Shown here: positions 14,760 to 24,088 of the stretch, piece after piece
Position numbering within the stretch: position 1 is the stretch's first letter
Layout of the letters: every line of letters starts with the position of its first letter
Assembly (NCBI GenBank): GCA_050043465.1
Contig: JBHJIL010000054.1
Span: 53,601-101,600, forward strand
Direction: 5' to 3'
Length of the DNA: 48,000 nucleotides
Origin: Leptolyngbyaceae cyanobacterium
GTDB lineage: Bacteria; Cyanobacteriota; Cyanobacteriia; Phormidesmidales; Phormidesmidaceae
Made by a program: the position numbers and the translations under genes
Notes under the pieces: generated by a model
What the model saw: the letters and a program-made list of their open reading frames with translations, nothing else
Told to the model about the DNA's origin: nothing
The model's database searches: none

Positions 14760-16345
14760 GCCGTTGTCTCCGCTTGTTGTTGTAATGCGTTGCGATCAAT
14801 TTTGCCGGTACCGGTTCTAGGAAAGGTGGTTGCGATCGCAATCCGTTTAGGCACCGCATAGGCTGGCAGCCGTTCTCCCACGTAGTTCAGCAGGTCCCCC
14901 TCGGTTAAGCTCGCCTCTTTAGTGAGAATCACCGCCGCCTCAACCTGGTGACTACCGGCCTCAGCGGCCACGCCATAGGCCGCCGCCTCTTCCACCTGGG
15001 GATTTCCCACCAGGGCAGCCTCCACCTCATCTAGCTCAATCCGATAGCCCCGTGCCTTAATCTGTCGGTCTTTGCGCCCCACAAACTGGTAGTTCCCATC
15101 CGGTCGCTGCTGCACCAAATCTCCTGTGCGGTAAAACACGGCGGTTTGGTGGGCAATTTCAGTACGATAAAAAGCCTGCTCGTTCAAACTAGGCCGCTGC
15201 CAATAGCCTGCCATCATAGTCGGTGTCCGCACCAAAAATTCCCCTATCTCTCCAGCAACAATGGGGTTGTCCTGATCGTCGAGCACCATCTCTTCGGCAT
15301 TGGCCCAGATGCGACCGATGGGGGCCACCTCGTCAGGCATCGCCTGGCCTGGCTCCAAGGGGGGAACATGATAATAGCTGCACTGATTGATTTCTGCAGG
15401 CCCATAGACATTGCTAAACCGGGCCTGGGGCAGTCGTTCCATCAGCCCATACATATACTTAGCCGGGTAGGGTTCTCCACCAAACAATACCCAGCGCAGT
15501 GAACTTAAATCTCTCTCGTCTAGCACTCCCCGCAACAGCAATTGAATCAACGCAAAGGGAACCGAGTACCAGATGGTAAGGGCTTCATCCTGAGCTAACT
15601 GGGAAAGACTGGCCGGTATTTTCAGATAGGCCTCGGAAATAATCACCGTTGTTGCCCCCACCAGCGGCCCTGAGAAATAATCTAGGGTGGACATGTCAAA
15701 GTGCAGTGGCGAGTGGTTACCCAGACGATCGGTATGGGTGAGACCGTAGGTGTGGGCCGCCATCCGCGCATAGTTGAGACCGCTGCGGTGGGTGTGCATA
15801 ATCCCCTTGGGGGTGCCAGTGGAGCCCGAGGTATACATGATGTAGGCCAAATCTTGTTCCATCCAAGTTACGGCTGGCGATGTATCACTGGGGGGAATAT
15901 CTGACCAGTCGCAGCGGCTGATGTCGGGCTGTTGCTCCAGAGTAAACTGCTCGGGTAAACCAATCACACAGGTCAATTCTGGGGTCGCATCCAACAGGTC
16001 CGGTAGCCGTCTCCGCTTTGATTTTTGGGTAATTAGGTGGCGGATACCGCAGTGGTTAATGGCATAGGCGGTACGGGCAATAGGCGCACCCGGATCGAGC
16101 GGTACATAGGCCGCACCGGCTTTCCAAATGCCGTAGTTTGCGATCGCACTTTCTAAACACTTACCCAGTTAAATCCCGACGCCATCTCCCCGCTTTACCT
16201 CCAGCTCCACCAGCCGCCCGGCAAATCCGTTGGCCCGACGCAATAAATCACTATAGGTCAGACCCTCCCCGTCCCAGCGAAAACCTTCACGCTCAGGAAA
16301 CCGTTCCCCGGACCGACCTAACATTTGAGACAACAAATAAATCAT
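14738..16345 (-). pseudogene. Stand-alone adenylating enzyme (DltA/type II A-domain-like) interrupted by one in-frame TAA at 16171..16169
   Basis: The track ORF (14738..15994, TTG start) lacks motifs A1/A2. Upstream in the same frame I read MIYLLSQMLGRSGERFPEREGFRWDGEGLTYSDLLRRANGFAGRLVELEVKRGDGVGI-TAA-LGKCLESAIANYGIWKAGAAYVPLDPGAP... from ATG 16345, which is preceded by AAGGAGGAG. The stop sits where GI-Y-L is expected. Downstream motifs are YIMYTSGSTGTPKGI, NVYGPAE, YRTGDLV, GRKDRQIKARGYRIELDEVE and TGTGKIDR. Confidence 0.7.
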
Positions 16346-16357
16346 CAGGTCTCCTCC

Positions 16358-17506
16358 TTACAGCCCCAACGAACGGGCGATAATGTTGCGCTGAATATCC
16401 GAGGTGCCAGCATAAATCACCCCACCAATAGCATCCCGCAAATCTCGTTCCACTTCATACTCCGTGAGATAGCCATTGCCCCCATGGATGCGCACCGCAT
16501 CTAACCCCGAGGCCACAAAACACTCGCTCAAATACAGTTTGAGCAGGGCCGCCTCCAGCATCGCCGGTTCACCTCTCTCCTTTAACCAAGCGACCTTATA
16601 GAGCAACAGCCGCGCTGTCTCCAGCCGTAGTTTCATATCAGCCACCCGATTGGAAACCGACTGAAACTTACCAATGGGTTGACCATACTGTTCTCGCTGA
16701 TTGGCATACTCAATGGTTTTCTCCAGCTGACGCTCCATGGTGCCCAGCTCACTGGCCAGGTTAAAACAACGGTCATATTCCAACGAACTGTGGGAAAAAC
16801 TAAACCCAGCCCCCTCTGGTCCTAGACGATTATCTTCAGGTACAAAACAATCCTCAAAGAAAATCTCACCAAAGGGCACCGTGCGCAGCCCCATTTTGTC
16901 TTTAACCGGGCCAGTGGAAAACCCCGCCGCTGTCCGCTCTACCAAAAATGTTGTCACCCCCCACTTACCTAAGCTCGGATCAATGGTGGCAAACACCAGC
17001 GCTAGGTCACAAATAGGTGCACAGGTAACAAACTTCTTGCGGCCATTGAGGCGATAGCCACCGTCACACTTTTCGGCATGGGTCTTCAAGCTATACACAT
17101 CGGAACCTGCGTTAGGCTCAGACAGAGCATGCACACCGATCCACTCACCGCGACATAGCTTTGGCAAGTATCGCTGCTTCTGATCTTCTGTGCCAAACTG
17201 CTGCAACAGAATCTGGACGGTCCACATTTGGGCATTAAGACACAGGGTCAGGCCATTATCCTCACAGCCATAGCCCAATGCTTCCATAGCCAGTACCGCC
17301 GTCATAATGTCCAAGGCTGGCGCACAGCTATAGTCTTCTGGCACCCACAAGCCCTGAATGCCAAGGTCAGCACATATTTTCCAGTTTTCCCAGGAAAATA
17401 TGCCCTGGTGCTCGCGCTCAAACATGTCACCATTCAGGTTCTCATGCGCAAACTGAATGACGCGATTTTTGAAAACAAGTTGTTCGTCTGACCAGGAAAA
17501 ATCCAT
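16358..17506 (-). CDS. Acyl-CoA dehydrogenase family flavoenzyme (likely acting on a carrier-bound substrate)
   Basis: The protein is 382 aa with typical ACAD features along its length (MDFSWSDEQLVFKN..., GVHALSEPNAGSDV, IHGGNGYLTEYEVERDLRDA, IYAGTSDIQRNIIA). It sits immediately upstream of the adenylase/carrier pair. Confidence 0.85.
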   Translation of the reverse strand: MDFSWSDEQLVFKNRVIQFAHENLNGDMFEREHQGIFSWENWKICADLGIQGLWVPEDYSCAPALDIMTAVLAMEALGYGCEDNGLTLCLNAQMWTVQILLQQFGTEDQKQRYLPKLCRGEWIGVHALSEPNAGSDVYSLKTHAEKCDGGYRLNGRKKFVTCAPICDLALVFATIDPSLGKWGVTTFLVERTAAGFSTGPVKDKMGLRTVPFGEIFFEDCFVPEDNRLGPEGAGFSFSHSSLEYDRCFNLASELGTMERQLEKTIEYANQREQYGQPIGKFQSVSNRVADMKLRLETARLLLYKVAWLKERGEPAMLEAALLKLYLSECFVASGLDAVRIHGGNGYLTEYEVERDLRDAIGGVIYAGTSDIQRNIIARSLGL

Positions 17507-17532
17507 TATTAGGTTTGAGGGCGCAGGAATAA

Positions 17533-18636
17533 TTACAAAACAAAACTGTAGGGGTTTTTAACCTCGGCGGTGGCACTTTCTAGCTCAACTAAGGTGCCAA
17601 CGTTTAGCTCAGTGGCATAGTCGAGCAGCATATTCATGGCCACCTGATCTTCTAGGGCAAAGCCGGTGGAATCAAAAATGGTGAACTGCTGTCGATAGTG
17701 ATGGTACCGAGCTGGATTTTTAACAACAACGGATAGCTCCGACCCAATGCTTTGCAGATCTTGAAGCTGTTGACACTCACCTTCGCGAATAGCCTGTTCC
17801 CGAAAATCAGGGCATACAAAGCTGCGCTCTAAAAGACTTAAGGGCACCTCAAATTTGCCAGGAAAATCAGCCCCCACCGCATTGACATGCAGCCATGGCT
17901 TTAGCTTCTGGTCAGGAAAGACAGGGCCGTTGTTCACCTCCACCGATGTGGCCGTACAGAGAATATCGGCGTTGGCAACAATGTCAGAACTATCAGCTGG
18001 GCTAATGTCCAAATGGGCTAATCCTAAACAGGCGATCCGCTCAGAGAAGGATTGGCTAACGGCTGGGTCACTGTCGAAAATGAGAACCTGCTGGAGGTCA
18101 AAGCAGCGGGAAAGGCCATGGAGCTGTGTGATGGCCTGGGCTCCGGCACCAATGAGTCCAAGGATTTGGCTGTTAGGGGAGGCTAAGTGTTGGGTTGCGA
18201 TCGCAGATGCTGCTCCCGTTCTTAACGCCGTCAAAAACGTCCCGTCAATCACCGCTGTTAAATGACCAGACTTGGGATCGTAGGCAGACACCGTCGATAG
18301 CACCGTCGGCAAATTATACAAACTCGGATTCTGGGGATGGTAACCTACCGCCTTAACCACAATCTGCCGCTGCTTCTCAAACAGCGGCATCCATTCCACC
18401 AGACCCACATGGGGTTGCTCGTAACTAAATCCGGTGCGCACCGGCACCACCGTTTGAGTCGGGTCAAACTGTTCAAATGCTGTAATCAGACGAGCAATCA
18501 TCTCATCCATCAGCGCATCTAGGCCCACATACTCAACAATGTGTCGAGTATCCTCAACAGAAAGCACCAGCGTCTTCAACTGCGACGCAGAGCCCACAGC
18601 AGCATTGACTACGCTAGTTTGTGCTAAAGAAACCAT
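17533..18636 (-). CDS. Ornithine (or lysine) cyclodeaminase / mu-crystallin family enzyme
   Basis: The protein is 367 aa. It has the Rossmann segment ILGLIGAGAQAITQLHGL, TALRTGAASAIATQHLA and NAVGADFPGKFE, all typical of the OCD/mu-crystallin family. Confidence 0.8.
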   Translation of the reverse strand: MVSLAQTSVVNAAVGSASQLKTLVLSVEDTRHIVEYVGLDALMDEMIARLITAFEQFDPTQTVVPVRTGFSYEQPHVGLVEWMPLFEKQRQIVVKAVGYHPQNPSLYNLPTVLSTVSAYDPKSGHLTAVIDGTFLTALRTGAASAIATQHLASPNSQILGLIGAGAQAITQLHGLSRCFDLQQVLIFDSDPAVSQSFSERIACLGLAHLDISPADSSDIVANADILCTATSVEVNNGPVFPDQKLKPWLHVNAVGADFPGKFEVPLSLLERSFVCPDFREQAIREGECQQLQDLQSIGSELSVVVKNPARYHHYRQQFTIFDSTGFALEDQVAMNMLLDYATELNVGTLVELESATAEVKNPYSFVL

Positions 18637-18694
18637 GGGAAACAGTTCGCTAAATCGCTATTTGTAACTATGAAGGTCAACCGTACCAAGCGTG

Positions 18695-19918
18695 TCAAAA
18701 GAGACTCTGTAGCACTGGCAAAACCCGAATATTGATATTGAATGCCCGCTCAATAAACCAGTAGAGCGATATAACCCCCAATAACAGTGCCCCTGTTTTC
18801 ATGGCAATGCTTGGATAAAAACGCTGTTTACGCAAAAAATAGAGCACTGGAAAAATGACAGCAATAATTACCAGCTGACCGACTTCTATTCCTAGATTAA
18901 AGCCAAACAAGGACAGAGCTGCGTGTTGACTCGTTAATCCCAGATTTGTCAAGACGTCGGCAAAGCCAAAGCCATGAAACAACCCAAAGAGAAAAATGAT
19001 GATCCAAGAACGCCCTCGAAAAATAGGATAGAAAATATCCAACGCGGCTAAGCCAATGGACGCCGCAACGGCCGACTCCACTAGCCTAGAAGGCACCTGC
19101 ACAATCTGAAACGCGGCCAGACAGAGCGTAATACTATGGGCAAGGGTAAATGCGGTTGCGATCTTAATCAGATAGGTCAATGCAGTCGAAAACTTACCCA
19201 CAGGCTGCCATAGTGCGTTTTCCTGGCGTCTCAGCGCCGAGGGTAGTAGCAGCGCCACTAAAAAGAGAACATGGTCAACGCCGCTTATAATATGCAGGAC
19301 TCCGAGACGAACAATGGCCGAAAACCCCTGCCACAGGCCTCCTGCTGTCAGATCCAGCGTTTGAGTCTGCCCCGGCTTGGTAAAGATTATCAGCGGCTCA
19401 GACTCATTCTGAAAAGTGCCTGTCCTCCAGTTCTCCTCTATTAGCAGCATGTTGGTATGCTGTGGCAGCTGTTCTAAAATCACGTCGTAGGCCACATCAA
19501 TGCTCTGAGGCAGTTCTTGAAAACCCGATAGATCATAATTAAGCAGCAAAAACTGAGCGAATGTCGTATTCAAAAAGCCATAGTCTCGAAACTCCTGGCG
19601 ACAGGCATCTGGAGCACAGTCAAGGCTCAGATGTTTGTTCACATAGGTTTTAATACCCTCTAAGTGAGGCTCAATATCTTCTGACCTAACTTTCTCATCA
19701 CCAGAAAAACCCAATTCAAGCACATCGTTAAGTTCTTTTATCGGCAGCTCTACTCGAGTCGAAATAGAATCTTCTCCAACCTGAAAATATATATAACTTT
19801 GCCCTAATCCATGTGCTACAGCACCGGGCACCAGTGACGTGCTAAAAATGCACAACAAACAAGCCAATGCTGCAAACACAACCCTGGCTACGGTAGAACG
19901 CATCAGCCTACTAAGCAT
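18695..19918 (-). CDS. HupE/UreJ-like membrane protein with a ~200-aa N-terminal extracytoplasmic domain
   Basis: The C-terminal half has HIISGVDHVLFLVALLLP, AFTLAHSITL, LFGLFHGFGFA and multiple hydrophobic helices. There is an N-terminal signal/anchor. The track start is TTG 19936; ATG 19918 (MLSRLMRST...) is preferred. Confidence 0.55.
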   Translation of the reverse strand: MLSRLMRSTVARVVFAALACLLCIFSTSLVPGAVAHGLGQSYIYFQVGEDSISTRVELPIKELNDVLELGFSGDEKVRSEDIEPHLEGIKTYVNKHLSLDCAPDACRQEFRDYGFLNTTFAQFLLLNYDLSGFQELPQSIDVAYDVILEQLPQHTNMLLIEENWRTGTFQNESEPLIIFTKPGQTQTLDLTAGGLWQGFSAIVRLGVLHIISGVDHVLFLVALLLPSALRRQENALWQPVGKFSTALTYLIKIATAFTLAHSITLCLAAFQIVQVPSRLVESAVAASIGLAALDIFYPIFRGRSWIIIFLFGLFHGFGFADVLTNLGLTSQHAALSLFGFNLGIEVGQLVIIAVIFPVLYFLRKQRFYPSIAMKTGALLLGVISLYWFIERAFNINIRVLPVLQSLF

Positions 19919-19993
19919 GAGTTTATCGGGCCACAAAGTGCCTCCTCCAAGTGTAATTGAAATGACTCACAAAGTATGAGAGCTAGCTGAGGA

Positions 19994-20164
19994 CTAGTTT
20001 ACGGCGAACTCAAACTCATTTTTATGGCGAATGTAGCCAAATTTTTCAAACTGCTTGTGTATATGTCGTACTTCCTCAAAAGAACTATACATTAGATCTC
20101 TCTTATCCAAAACATCGACCTCTACATGACCATAGTGGTGGAAAAGCAAACCTTGTATATTCAT
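19994..20164 (-). CDS. Possible small ORF (56 aa) in the low-GC spacer, function unknown
   Basis: My translation gives MNIQGLLFHHYGHVEVDVLDKRDLMYSSFEEVRHIHKQFEKFGYIRHKNEFEFAVN-TAG. It falls below the track's length cutoff. I recognise no motif and see no clear ribosome-binding site. Confidence 0.15.
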   Translation of the reverse strand: MNIQGLLFHHYGHVEVDVLDKRDLMYSSFEEVRHIHKQFEKFGYIRHKNEFEFAVN

Positions 20165-21293
20165 TACCCTTAGTACGACTCAGTCTAAAAACCGGTTTTA
20201 AAGTCTGGATAAACCTAATTTGAATATGAGATGAAGACGATAGCTTACACAACAATTAGACCTGTCAAAACACGTGCTGCCGGTTGTCTAAGCCAGTTAA
20301 AGATCAGCGTATTTCTTTTTGCCAGCTCACACAGCAGGTATCTAGCTCATCAATGCATGTTCGCATTTTAGACAGTTCTATTGGCGATATCATGAGGCCA
20401 AAGACTCAATCCATTCATAGGTCTTAGGTCCCATGAATAGCCAGCAGGCTTGAATCTAGATTGTTGTTGAATAAACAGGATCAAATGAGTTCCCTAGAGT
20501 TTTTCTAAATAAAACTCTTCAGGTGTAGTTTCTCAAAGATCATCAATATTCAATCTCACAAAAGCGAGCGCTCTAGCTGGTTTTTTAATAACTCTCGTTT
20601 TGTTATTCAATTGCCCCACGAACCTTGTAGTAATCCTGGTGCATCCTTTGCTAGAGCGGTGTAATACCTGCCTTAAAAGAGTTTTTTAGCTCTCTTCAAA
20701 TCTGGTCTTCTGTTCTTTTTCGCAAAGTTAGCGGCCCTGAGCTTTGAACAGCTGTTGGGCTATTGGCGAGACACAGATGTCTTATGGGCTTTCCCGAAAA
20801 GACTACACCGATTGAAGGCCCCCTTTTATGGAAGTAGCCCCAGTACGCCTAACGGGGGTACTGGAGTTTCCCAAAATCCTGGAGAATATAAGACTCAAAG
20901 CGGTACGTCATATTCGTGCTCACGCCTTAGCTATTTCGACTTAGGCTGTCAATACAGCGCATGGCAGTACGCCAGAGGTAGACCTAGGTAGCATCTGGCT
21001 GGATTATTGCAGCATGTCGATTACTCATAGTTTTAATAGAGAATCTGCATATGCGGCGACGGTTTTCGCCCAGGTTATGTGCAGAATGGTTGTAAATCAG
21101 TGGGCTGCTACCTTTATTACCATTTGCGTCATTACCGTTTGCCAATATTATAGAAACACGGTTATCTATGGCTTTGCCTACTGGAGGTTAAGCTAAGGGC
21201 AATCGGTTATTCCTTCGCCGCACATTTTTCAAAATCCACAGGGTCTTTGTAGAAATCGTTTCAATCTGCAATCAAGTATCAACGAAGATAACA

Positions 21294-22175
21294 GTGCCAC
21301 ATCCTGCCGCCCCGTTGAAGCCAGTTCGTGTGAATCAGCTGCACGAAAAGTACATCCAAATGTTAGGTAAGTCTCTAGGGTACCTAACCACTGACTCTGA
21401 CCAGAAGTTTCCATTAGACTATGACGCTCTGCTAAGGACGCTTGCTGTCCGGGTCTTAGATACGCTGAGTACGAGCACAGCGCTCTATCACAATATTGAG
21501 CACACTATTCTTGTCTGTTTGGTTGGACAGGAAATTTTGCGTGGTAAGCATCAGCGCGAAGGCAGCGTTACCCGCAAAGACTGGCTTAATTTTATGGTGT
21601 CGCTGCTCTGTCACGATGTGGGCTATGTGGGTGGTGCCTGCCGCCAGGACAATGTTAGCCAGCGGCGCTACATCCGGGGACAGTGTCAGGTGAACGCCTC
21701 AGCCCTGGACTGGGTAACGTTAGCTCCAGGCACAACGGACGCCAGTCTAGCGCCGTATCACATTGAGCGCAGCAAGCTGTTTGTACGGGAAAATTTTGGT
21801 CAGTACAACGCTTTGAATTTAGAAGTAATTTTGCGCAACATTGGGTTTACTCAGTTTCCGGTACCAGAAGCAGCGGCCTATCAGGTAACCGATCACTATC
21901 CTGGACTTACCCGAGCGGCCGATCTGATCGGTCAGCTGAGCGACCCGAGCTATCTGCACAAGACGGTAGCGCTCTTTTACGAGTTTGAAGAGTTGGGCAT
22001 GAATCAGGAGCTGGGCTATCGCTCTCCCAACGATTTGAAGCTGGGCTTTCCTGAGTTCTATCGAACTCAGGTCTATAAATACATTCAGCCTGCTCTAGCG
22101 TATTTACAAGAAACTGCTTTAGGTCAGCAGATTGTTGTAAATTTAGAGGCAAACGTACAGGCGGTAGGGATTTAG
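21294..22175 (+). CDS. HD-domain metal-dependent phosphohydrolase family protein
   Basis: YHNIEHT...LLCHDVGY gives the H...HD signature. The start is GTG 21294, with ATG 21360 as an alternative. Confidence 0.6.
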   Translation: MPHPAAPLKPVRVNQLHEKYIQMLGKSLGYLTTDSDQKFPLDYDALLRTLAVRVLDTLSTSTALYHNIEHTILVCLVGQEILRGKHQREGSVTRKDWLNFMVSLLCHDVGYVGGACRQDNVSQRRYIRGQCQVNASALDWVTLAPGTTDASLAPYHIERSKLFVRENFGQYNALNLEVILRNIGFTQFPVPEAAAYQVTDHYPGLTRAADLIGQLSDPSYLHKTVALFYEFEELGMNQELGYRSPNDLKLGFPEFYRTQVYKYIQPALAYLQETALGQQIVVNLEANVQAVGI

Positions 22176-22288
22176 TAGACGGCTCACCACGGCTGTATGC
22201 GATCGCAACCCCCCATCTCCATCTAACCAAGGCCACCCCCATCAATATCAAAGCGCATACCAGACACATAGGATGCTGCTGGCCAAAG

Positions 22289-22840
22289 CTAGGCGTTGTA
22301 TATCACTGGCTCAGAAGTCTCAGTGGGTTGCGCTTGGACGGTACTGGCAGCAGCGGCGGCGGCAACGGTGACAAAGGATTGGAATGGGGCACCGTTTGCG
22401 ATCGCATGGGCCATATACCCCGCTGATGCACACACCGCTAGACCTCCCACCTGGTTATCCGCCACCTCGGGCAGCGTCGGCAAGAATTCGGCCGCTGCCT
22501 GAATATCTTCAATCTTCAAAGTCGGACTCTCCAGTGCCCGCACGTCGCCATCGCTTTCACCAAAATTACGAAAGTCAAACGCCAGCGCAGCAAAACCCCG
22601 GTCGGCCAGATTTTCCGCATAAAGACCCGACATCTGCTCTTTTACTGAGGTCCAGGACCCAGTCACCACCACACCCGGTAGCTCCTGACCGGCTACATAG
22701 TCGTCAGGTAAATACAAATTGCCAACCAGCGTTTCACCCTGGCTTTCAAAGATGACTTCCTTCACCTGGACGGCCTCGGCGGCTGTTGCCATCAGTGTAA
22801 CTGTTGCTGTTAGTAGGACTGTATTAAAAAGGCGTTTCAT
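22289..22840 (-). CDS. Secreted alpha/beta-hydrolase-fold protein, apparently truncated at the C-terminus
   Basis: A signal peptide is present (MKRLFNTVLLTATVTLMATAAEA). It has PGVVVTGSWTSVKEQ, FDFRNFGESDG and GGLAVCASAGY (nucleophile-elbow-like). The sequence then ends in a low-complexity AAAAAAS tail at 183 aa, about 100 aa short of what I expect for the fold. Confidence 0.5.
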   Translation of the reverse strand: MKRLFNTVLLTATVTLMATAAEAVQVKEVIFESQGETLVGNLYLPDDYVAGQELPGVVVTGSWTSVKEQMSGLYAENLADRGFAALAFDFRNFGESDGDVRALESPTLKIEDIQAAAEFLPTLPEVADNQVGGLAVCASAGYMAHAIANGAPFQSFVTVAAAAAASTVQAQPTETSEPVIYNA

Positions 22841-22941
22841 AATCGTGCTCCGTTGGGTCGATAGTCACTACTATCCAGGCATGCCTAAAATAGTTCTTGA
22901 AAGACATTGCGCAGTTTTAGTACAAGATTGCTCTGCCGCCC

Positions 22942-23829
22942 ATGGATAGTCAGATTGATTTTGTAGACAGTCAAACCCTTACCCCTAATCCAGATGTCAA
23001 TGCAGGTAAGGTACTCGTGTCCAGCAAAGACCTCACCTGGGATGGGATCTATCTAGAAAAAGGTGAGAACGAAGGCTTCACCCCAGATAACGTCACCGTG
23101 ACGCAGCATTATTTTGCGATTAATATAGGTCCGGCCTTGGAATGGGAGTGGAAAGACGGCAGCACCTTTCGCACCCATCGTTACGAAACAGGCGATATCT
23201 GGGTCAATCCTGCCGGGGTACCGTTTTCGCATCGGATCGATGGCCACAATCAGTTTGTCCTGCTCACCCTAGAACCGCAGAAGCTCACAGAGCTTTTACC
23301 CAATCAGCCACTGCTGGACCATCAGTCCTTTCGACGACAGCATCAGGCCAAGGATCGGCACCTGCAAACGCTGATCCAGGCGCTGCTGATCGAAGCAGAA
23401 ATGGGGGGACCCAACGGACGCATCTACGCCGATACGCTTTCAACCGCCCTGGCCACGCACTTTGTTAATCACTACAGTCTTGAGCGCCCGGCTGAGTTTC
23501 CCGCTCTGCAGCCATTGGATCGACAGCGAGTAGGCCGCGTAGTTGACTACATCGAAGCCAATCTAACTGAAGATATTAGTCTTACGGATCTGGCGCTGGT
23601 CGCCCAGCTGAGTAAGTTTCACTTTTCTCGATTGTTTAAGGCCGCCATCGGTACTACACCCCACCAATACTTGCTCAAACGTCGAATCGAGCGAGCCGCG
23701 TTAATATTGCAGCGTGGGGAGTCTTCTATCGCCCAGACTGCATTTCAGTTTGGCTTTACCGATCAGTCTCACTTTACCCGCGTGTTTAAGAAGATAAAAG
23801 GGATTACGCCAAAACAATTTCTGCGCTGA
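22942..23829 (+). CDS. AraC-family transcriptional regulator
   Basis: The C-terminal double HTH reads ISLTDLALVAQLSKFHFSRLFKAAIGTTPHQYLLKRRIERAALIL...FGFTDQSHFTRVFKKIKGITPKQF. It is divergent from the hydrolase gene. Confidence 0.85.
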   Translation: MDSQIDFVDSQTLTPNPDVNAGKVLVSSKDLTWDGIYLEKGENEGFTPDNVTVTQHYFAINIGPALEWEWKDGSTFRTHRYETGDIWVNPAGVPFSHRIDGHNQFVLLTLEPQKLTELLPNQPLLDHQSFRRQHQAKDRHLQTLIQALLIEAEMGGPNGRIYADTLSTALATHFVNHYSLERPAEFPALQPLDRQRVGRVVDYIEANLTEDISLTDLALVAQLSKFHFSRLFKAAIGTTPHQYLLKRRIERAALILQRGESSIAQTAFQFGFTDQSHFTRVFKKIKGITPKQFLR

Positions 23830-23848
23830 GAGGTGAGGCATTACAATG

Positions 23849-24070
23849 GTGGGTTTTGATCACTCGCGCCAACGATCAACCCACCTCGCCTACGGCACTC
23901 CTCCCAGGAGGAGAGAAACACACTTGCGAATATTTAACACCTTTCTTTGAGGCCAAGCCGGACTCTCTTTCCCCTCTCGGGAGAGGCTCCGGGGTGGGTT
24001 TCGATCACTCGCGCCAACGGTCAACTCACCTCGCCTACGGCACTCCTCCCAGGAGGAGAGAAGAATGCCT
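23849..24070. repeat. Two direct copies (~77 bp, period ~145 bp) of a hairpin-containing short repeat
   Basis: Copy 1 (23849-23925) is gtgggttttgatcactcgcgccaacgatcaacccacctcgcctacggcactcctcccaggaggagagaa. Copy 2 (23994-24070) is gtgggtttcgatcactcgcgccaacggtcaactcacctcgcctacggcactcctcccaggaggagagaa. Each contains the perfect stem ctcctcc-ca-ggaggag. A further hairpin (cctctc-gg-gagagg) lies between the copies. Confidence 0.85.
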
Positions 24071-24088
24071 GTACGCAAATAAATCACA

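Noticed and set aside
20755-21196. ORFs 20755..20991(+) and 21014..21196(+) in the low-GC spacer.
   Set aside because: They show no recognisable motifs, odd composition, no ribosome-binding site or operon context, and non-ATG starts are likely.
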